A stretch of DNA of 64,000 nt from Bugula neritina (lineage: Eukaryota > Animalia > Bryozoa): positions 13,949,133 to 14,013,132 of the forward strand of contig OZ037771.1 in assembly GCA_964035545.1 (NCBI GenBank), given 5' to 3'. Under the pieces are notes generated by a model that worked only from the letters and a program-made list of their open reading frames with translations, was not told the origin of the DNA and did not search any database. A program made the translations under genes and the position numbers. This document shows positions 50,501 through 59,500 of the stretch, piece by piece (the first letter of the stretch is position 1; every line of letters starts with the position of its first letter).

Positions 50501-53500
50501 TGAGGTGAGTCATATCTAGTGAGGCGAGTCATATCTAGTGAGGTGAGTCATATCTAGTGAGGTGAGTCATATCTGGTGAGGTGAGTCATATCTAGTGAGG
50601 TGAGTCATATCTAGTGAGGCGAGTCATATCTAGTGAGGTGAGTCATATCTGGTGAGGTGAGTCATATCTAGTGAGGTGAGTCATATCTAGTGAGGTGAGT
50701 TCAGTTTGAGCGAAAATCACACATATGAATTGTGACTTTAAAATGGACTTACAAACTGACTCCTGAAGACTCTGACCCAATACTAAAAGTTTATGTAGAA
50801 AGAGAGGCACAAAGTCAGTCTAAGTGTTAGCAATGGAGAGTCTATACACGTTGCAGTGAAGAGGTTAGTCTCCATGGTGACACAGTATTGTCTCTCTTTA
50901 TGATAATCTAATAATGGGTCAGCTAATTTAGCCCTGGGGTCCTGCATTCCATCAGGAGATAGAATGCAGTGGGGAATGTAAACAATCAAATATTGCAGCT
51001 TTTCAGATTTAATCAATGAACTTTCAGTTGATTCAATAAATGGTTAGCAATACCCAGAGGAGTGGATAAATTCCCGTAGTGTGTCAGCCAAATAGTTCAG
51101 TAAATAGAATGTCAAGGTCGCGTGGTTCAACTGGACCCAACACTCTTTGCTAAAAGAGCTTTACATGTTGGTTTTCTAGTGCATCACATTCATTTATCCT
51201 AGGCTGGGGGTCTTTAATTTGTCGTATATTTCCTTTTTATAAAAGTCTTGATCCACTCCTTAAAATTGGCAGATCAGAATATCAGCTGGTAATTGAATTG
51301 GCTAGCCTGGAATCTGGCTAATAACTGCTGCACTTTGTTGTGAAAGGTAATAATCACCTCTGCATACGCCCTGATCATTTACTAGGGCTATAAATTGATC
51401 ATTAGCCACTTTGAAGCGTTATAAAGTTGTTGTGTAATTTTGATTGGCATATGCAAGGAGGTGCATTGCTGCCTCCAGGTTGAGGCGTTCAGGAGCTGCT
51501 AGTCAGCATTACGTAATTACAGAGCGTCTTGCTGCCATCTGCTGCCGACAAGCTAAGGTAGGAGTTGTTAGTCAGTCAGTGAGTGAGTAGGCTGTAGGCT
51601 GAGTTTCATGAATTCTACTCTCTCGTCTGTTGTGGGCTGGAATGGCTTCGGCTAGTGACTTTGGGTGGAGCACAGTCTCTGATTTACTTGATTTATACTC
51701 TGTATGTGCTCTGTATCTATTCTGTATCTACTCTGTATGTACTCTGTATGTACTCTGTATGTACTCTGTATATACTCTGTATATACTCTGTATGTACTCT
51801 GTATGTACACTGTATGTACTCTGTACGTACTCTGTATCTACTCTGTATGTACTCTGTGTGTACTCTGTGTGTACTCTGTGTGTACTCTGTGTACTCTGTG
51901 TGTACTCTGTACGTACTCTGTATCTACTCTGTATGTACTCTGTGTGTACTCTGTGTGTACTCTGTATGTACTCTGTATATACTCTGTATATACTCTGTAT
52001 GTACTCTGTGTGTACTCTGTGTGTACTCTGTATGTACTCTGTATATACTCTGTATGTACTCTGTGTGTACTCTGTGTGTACTCTGTGTACTCTGTGTGTA
52101 CTCTGTGTACTCTGTGTGTACTCTGTGTACTCTTTATGTACTCTGTGTGTACTCTGTATCTACTCTGTGTGTACTCTGTGTGTACTCTGTGTCTACTCTG
52201 TATCTACTCTGTATGTACATCTAGTAAATGTAGTTATATAAGCATATTTTTCTCTCTGAATCACAGCACAAGCTGATTGAATTGTTTTATTTTTGGTTTT
52301 GCTCAACCAGAAGTAAAGGTGAGGTTCCAATAACTCAGCGCATTTTCAGAGTTACCTTCTCATGTTTGAGATAGTTAGAGAAAGCAACTCTGCACGCTCT
52401 ACACAAATTCCTCTTTTGTTGTATTTCTTGTTTTGTATTCAGTTGTGTAGTAGAAAGGCCCAGTAAGCAGTGAGCTAGGGTGATTAAGGGTTATTAACCT
52501 GGTTTGGAAGGCAGCTAGCTGGGGGGGGGGGGGCTAGGTATCTTATAAAACACCAGGTTTTCCCCGCAACTCAAATAAGAGGAAGTTATGACTTCTGTGT
52601 AACTGTTCCAAATCCTGGGTAATGTTTACACCAGTGTACTACAATATTTACTGTTATTCACAGTGTGTTTACACAGATGGTCTGTTGGGATTACCTGCAT
52701 TTACCTGTTAGACTGCTGCCGCTGCTGTGTTTCAGCTGCCAGTGTGCAGCTGGTTGCATTCATTCAGACTAAAGAGATATCGAATTCCTATTAGCTTACC
52801 TAAGAATCTTTAGTCTCAGAAATGAAAACTATTGCTGCATTATTAATGGCTTAAGTGGCTGGACATGAACTTTTAAGGCTTAGCTGTCAGGACTCGGGTT
52901 AGCAGTATCTATATATAGTCAGTCTTAGTGTGTCTTTAGTCAAACGGCAGCTCTTGTAGTCAAACTACAACTTTTATAGTCAAAGAGCAGCTTTTATAGT
53001 CTTGCGGCAGCGTAGCATTAGAATGGCAGCGTAGCATTAGAATGGCAGCGTAGCATTAGGACGTGCTATACTGAGTATGGTGTCTAGAGTAGAGTCAGCG
53101 TGGAGGCAGGTAAACACAGTGTTACATAATTCTACCTCAGTGTGGGTTGTCTGTCCATGCTTTACTTCTGAGTGATTTTCTAGAACTTTTCATATCTTGG
53201 AGCTGTACTGGTGGTCGTCATGTGTGAGAATAAGTGGTCATAGTACTTGTGACTGACACTATCAAATCTTACTCTAGTATTAGTTATTACTGGTGTACTC
53301 TCAACTATTACTCTAGTATTAGGTATCACTGGTACTCTGAACTCTTACTCTAGTATCAGTTGTTACTGGTGTACTCTCAACTCTTACTCTAGTATTGGTT
53401 ATCACTCTCTGATGAGTGTTTGTTAAGTGGTACTCAGTTGTCCTGAAGGAGTTGTTTATTATTTTATATAAATTAACACATTAGAAGTGTCTCTACTCCA

Positions 53501-56500
53501 TCTTCAGTGTGTGCTGGTAGTGGTAAAGCTCACTAAGTTTGGGGTTGTCCTATTTTTCAGTTAGGATTCGTAGACTATTTTCTAGAGTATCTTTAATAAC
53601 ATCTTTTTCACCTATTCTAGAGTTGTCTCCCCAGATAGGTATAATATTGATGCTGTTTGTTACAAGCTTAGATGAGTCATGTCACACTTTCCTTGCTCAA
53701 ACTCTCTCTGTTATACTCTTGTTGCAGTCGCTATTGCAAGCTCATGATGTCATAACCACTGAGCTCTACAGTGACGAGTCAAAGCGAGTTACTCCGCCCC
53801 CAACGATGTCTTATTTAAACGGAAATGGTGTGGAGGCTGATGCAGAGCTGAATGAAGACCTCAACATGGAAGCCGTGACCAGAGTACGACTTGTGCAGTT
53901 CCAGAGAAATTCAGATGAGCCTTTGGTTAGTTTATAGAGTAGTTAGTATATATTTATAGAGTGGTTAGTATATATTTATAGAGTAGTTAGTATATATTTA
54001 TAGAGTGGTTAGTATATATTTATAGAGTAGTTAGTATATATTTATAGAGTAGTTAGTATATATTTATAGAGTAGTTAGTATATATTTATAGAGTGGTTAG
54101 TATATATTTATAGAGTAGTTAATATATATTTATAGAGTAGTTAGTATATATTAATAGAGCAGTTAGTATATATTTATAGAGTAGTCAGTGTAGAATAAAC
54201 TCTTCTGTTGCCAGGGAATAACGCTGAAGAAGTCCGAAGACGGGAGATGTGTTGTAGCCCGGATTCTACACGGCGGTATGATACACAGACAAGGCACCCT
54301 ACACGTCGGCGATGAACTGAGAGAGATTAACGGACAGACTGTGCACGGAGAGACTGAGCACACTCTGCAGCAACTACTTGTAGGTTCCATTGATGTCTTC
54401 AGTCTTTCTATCTTCTAACTGTAGACATCATTGCTGAGCGGAAATTGTGGAATATCTTTCGGATTTTATAAAGTTTTCCTTATTTATTTATGAGCCACAA
54501 AATTTTTAGATAATTATTCACTTGTTTACAAAAAAATAATATCAGATATTCAAGTTTTGATTTCAGTGTAGTTGAGGCATTTCATTACTTTGTTGAGACA
54601 TGTTATCCCAGAATTATCTCGTTGTCAGCGTCAGCGGGTGAAGATGTTTAAAATGACGGTTTCGTCAAAACACCGATTGTTTGATTACTGTGAAATAAAG
54701 AGGGCGCAGGTAAACAATGCTATGGAGAAGTGCAGAGCAATATCGTACCTGCGGTGTTAATATTGTATACCGTATTACTCTACATACAGCCACTTTATTT
54801 CAGTAGTCTACTCCGTATTATGTTACGTTTAGTTTGTATATCACCAACAGTAATGGGATGCAGTGTGGTGTACGCAATGCTAAGAGTTCTCATCCCTTTG
54901 AATTGACATTTCTCATTGACTAGAGGTTTCCCACTCTCTGCATTATTCACATTTCATCCTGTAATGTCTTTTATTTCACAAGAAGTGTTGTTGACAACCA
55001 GAGTATAATATATATGCAATTTCAAAGTATTTCTTTAAATGTTGATTATTTTATGAAGTTAAGTCTCGGCCATACATGCATACACCACACTGACATCTCC
55101 GCCAACTCTACCATATATTGTATGATACAGCCAGCCATACATGTGATTATGTTGAACCGACTATGCGCCCTTAGTTCAAGGTCAAATGTATTTATTAGCT
55201 TAGTTTCTAACTGGTGGCGGGCTTTGAGTGTGGCTTTGCATGTGCATATCTTTGGTTGATGATTTTTAGAGAGAGGCTAGAGGCAGCGTTACTCTGAAAA
55301 TAGTTCCGAGTTACAAACACCCTTCTACCAACTGTGAGGTAGGCTTTATATTGCTATATTATATATTACTATATTATGTTACTATATTATATTACTACTA
55401 ATATATTACAAACACCCTTCTACCAACTGTGAGGTAGGCTTTATCTTACTATATTGTAGACTATTGTATACTATATTATATTACTATATTACTATATCAT
55501 TATATTTTATATGATTATGTTGTATTATTACCGTATTACTATTGTATTATTATATTGCTGCTAATATATTACTATCAACACTATATCATTGTATTACTAT
55601 ATTACTGCATTGCTACTATATTACTATTACTATATTATTGTTTTATTTTTCTGTATTATAATTTTTATTTTAAAAATCTGGAAGCAAAACCTTTGCACGC
55701 GGTAGGTTCACAATTCTAAGATGTAGTATTGTGAAACCATACACAGTAGTTGTGTGCAGGTTGTGTGCCTAGCATTGTCTGTTCTGTATATGATATGGTG
55801 CTCATTGTCTGAAATCTTAATGTAATATGACTAGGGTTACTATCCCTCTGAATTGGATGTGAAAAATTGCAGGAGAATATAAATCCTTTGTTAGTTAGGT
55901 TACATGATAAGTGCTAGTTGTATACTTCAGTACTGACTATTTTTATGTAATCTCACCTTCTATCAAGTTGTGAGATATATTTTGTGAATTTAGTCTTTTA
56001 GTATAAATTCAGCTAAGGTGTATTATTTAAAATTATCTTTAATAAGAAAATTTATTTAAACTGCTTTGATGTCAATAGCATATGTAATCCAATTGATGTC
56101 TCAACTGTGTGTCTCATTTGTAATGATGGTTTGTTATATAGCTGAGTCTAGAGGTAAATTGCTAAGGCTGAGCTAGACTTTAGTTGTGTATTTGTGTTGG
56201 TTCTTTGCTTTCCCTATCACACTGTATGTGTTAGTACATCCTGTTAGCTCCAGGGAGTGGGGTGGGGGGCTTTCCCTTTGTTATCCCTTGTACATAGACT
56301 CAGGGGAAAACCCCTTTCATGTTTTCTTGACCCTCAAACTTTATACTAAACATATTTGATCCTTCATTCCTTTTGAGAAGTTTAAAGCTTTTCTGTTTGT
56401 GAATTTTTAATCTAGTCTTAGAGCCTCCAGCCCTTATGCAAGTGTGAGTATAGAAGTTCTTTAAACTACTTCATTTTATAGTAACACTATAGGGAACCAG

Positions 56501-59500
56501 GTAAAGTGTATCTAGAATAGTGAGCTAAGGCTAGGTTTCTAAGGCTATGGGTTGAAATGTTACATCTGTGATTGGGTTGTGGGGTAACCTTTCTCAATCT
56601 GTCTTCTTTAGTTTAAGTAAATGTATGGTATTGGGGGGGGGGTAAAGTCCCACCCTATCCTACTCCAGAACTAAATCAGTGTGATAATCAGCATATTTGT
56701 AGCTCAGCCTTTCTGGGAGACTGTGTTTATCTATCGAACTGCTTTTCTGGTTGATACTAAATATTGGCTAATTATATCGTCGGTTTTACTGTAGGATTCC
56801 CTTATACACACATGTGTAGTATTGTATACACACATGCGCAGCATTGTATACACACATGTGTAGCATTGTATACACACATGCGCAGCATTGTATACACACA
56901 TGTGTAGCATTGTATACACACATGTGTAGCATTGTATACACACATGCGCAGCATTGTATACACACATGTGTAGCATTGTATACACACATGTGTAGTATTG
57001 TGTACGCACATGTGTAGTATTGTATACAATGGAATCATGTTGATGGAATTTTACGCTCGGCCTATCTAACCATTTTATATATACTTTCTGAGCTAAAAAC
57101 ATGTAGTAGAAATGGTTACATTTTCTTGGGTGTATTTATGGAGTATCTTACCAACTATCTTATTAGTCAGGTAAACTTATTTACTGAGCTCACACAAAGT
57201 GATTTAAAGTCAATTTTCTTGAGCATACGACTCCTAACGTTGAATCTAAAACATGGTTTTAATGACACACATGTAGACAAGGCTATTTTAAATAAAAGCA
57301 TCAATGTCTAAGTTTAGTTACAATTACTGTGTGCTGCTGGTTTTTATGTGAATTAATCATGTGACAAATACCCGTAATTTCATTTCATTATTATTTTTAT
57401 TAAATTGCTGTTTTAAATGATTGAATACGTTTTATTTTCACATTTACTTTTTGCTCGTCGTATATACTGGGTTATTTAAAATAAATTGAAATTTAAATAA
57501 ATGGAACTATGACGTGCTGATTGAAGTTGCTTGGAGCCAAGTATTGTGAGATTAGTAATTATTTCTGCTGTTTCATTTGCTTAGTTGTGTAAGAATTATC
57601 TTCCCCACATTTCACTTTCCTTTATTTGTGTGTTTAGTTACTGCTACGATTGCTCCTGTATATTTGGTGGTGCGGGTAATATATTTTACTTAGAGTTGTC
57701 ACCCCACTGCTGTTTTCAAATGGCATCAGCTACTCATAGTTGAATTGTTTTTAGATTTTTGTGAAGTCATTATTCAACTACCAGCCGGAAACAGACGAGT
57801 TGAACCCTTGTCAGCAGGCAGGGCTTAGCTTCAAGGTCGGGGATATCCTAGAGGTGAGATAACTCCTTATTTTCATTTTACTTATGTGTAACTATGCTAG
57901 TCAATAATGCAGAGTCTAGTTTTTATTTGTTTCTGTGTAGTCAATATGAATTCACCTTGCTACTAGATTCACGCAGGTTTATCTAATAGGAATGCACTAT
58001 ATTTACTCTCTTGTGTGTAGCGGCGGCAATAAAAGTTCACCCGGTGGAATTTTGCGTATCATTCGCATCAGCTTTTCGCTGGTATGCTTAGTTTTTATGA
58101 CTTGCGTATTTCTCAGCCATGTGCTTGTGTTGACAGGTAATCAGCAAAGAGGATCCTGATTGGTGGCAGGGTAGACTCTGGTCCTCATCTCAGAAGAAAG
58201 AGTTGCGGCCGGCTGGTCTAATGCCCTCCCCAAAGATGCAGGAAACCAGAACAGTCTGCCTGGCTATGGAGAGAGCAAAACAAGAACAAGGTAGTTCTTT
58301 TGAGTGTGTCTGTCTGTGTGTCTGTCTATGTGTCTGTTTGTCTGTGTGTCTGCCTGTGTGCCTGTCTGTCTGACTGTGCTACAGTTTGTACAATACCCTG
58401 GTACATAAGCTATAGCTACTAGACAGTTATCTCCACTTTGTATTACATAGCCACTGGCTATTCTGTGTGTAGCAGAGAAAACAACTCCACCAACTCCATC
58501 CTTTAATATTTCTAGAACTTTCTTTTTCATAGCTGAACAGAAATGGTGGAATAAGAGGAAGAAGCATTATCGGGATAAATATTTAGCTAAACATAACGCT
58601 GTGTTCGACCAACTTGATGTGGTGACATACGAAGAGGTTAGTGCAAGCTGCTTTCTGTTGTGGAAGTCATTGTTGCTGGCATTATCAGTTATTTTACTGC
58701 GTGTTTTGTTGTTATGTCATTCGTTTTGCTGTCGGATTGCTGCCTGGTGTGGTGATTGGTTGGCAGCACTGTAAGTGCATGTCTTAGATCCCGATTTTAA
58801 TAATCTTGTTGGGTAGACAACTCTCTAATACCATGGAATGCTAGATATTTAAATCCCTTCAGAATACAGGCTGTGTTGGCTTCTCTCTGTTCAGCCAATC
58901 ACCAGCTGTCTGCTGCTCGTACACTCTGCAGACGTCACACGTGTATGACTCACTCGTCTGCTCTACTCCACAGGTGGCGCGGATACAAGACTTCAGGAGG
59001 AAAACTCTCGTTCTACTCGGTGCTCACGGCGTTGGCAGACGTCATATCAAAAACAGTCTCATTACATCACATCCTGACAAATTTGCTTACCCCATCCCAC
59101 GTAAGTACCTCGTGAAAAACTTACTTTATACTGTGTCAGTAGTTTTCTGGCCCAAAAATAACTTCATAATCCACAGTTGAACCCTCACAGCTCTGTCTGT
59201 AATGTGTTTTGATAAGAGCCTAACCTACTTGTGAACGTGTAGCGGCGGCAGCCATAGTCGAGGCTTTCTCACTCCATTGTAATTGCAATGAGAATTTGAG
59301 TTGTTTTCTGGAATTGTGATTTGTTTTTAGTTTTTACCTGTGAGCTGCCATCAATTGTTTTCTCATTGTAATATTCCCCAATTGTTTTGTTTGGTTTAAA
59401 ATGAAGCTGAAAGGTAATCACTGAAAGAATAAATTTACCAACCTTCTCATAGCCTCATTCTCATGTTGACAGACACGACGCGAGCTCCTAAGAGAGGCGA

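Noticed and set aside
47419-50700. CRISPR-like array
   Set aside because: No unique spacers, eukaryotic intron, no cas genes; a plain tandem satellite.
51630-52276. Three overlapping ~190-200 aa ORFs
   Set aside because: 11-bp minisatellite open in all three frames; not protein-like.
58131-58142. Recursive-splice-like CAG|GTAATC at the start of CASK exon 16
   Set aside because: Explained by the Val-Ile codons of the SH3 domain; the intron is only 283 nt.
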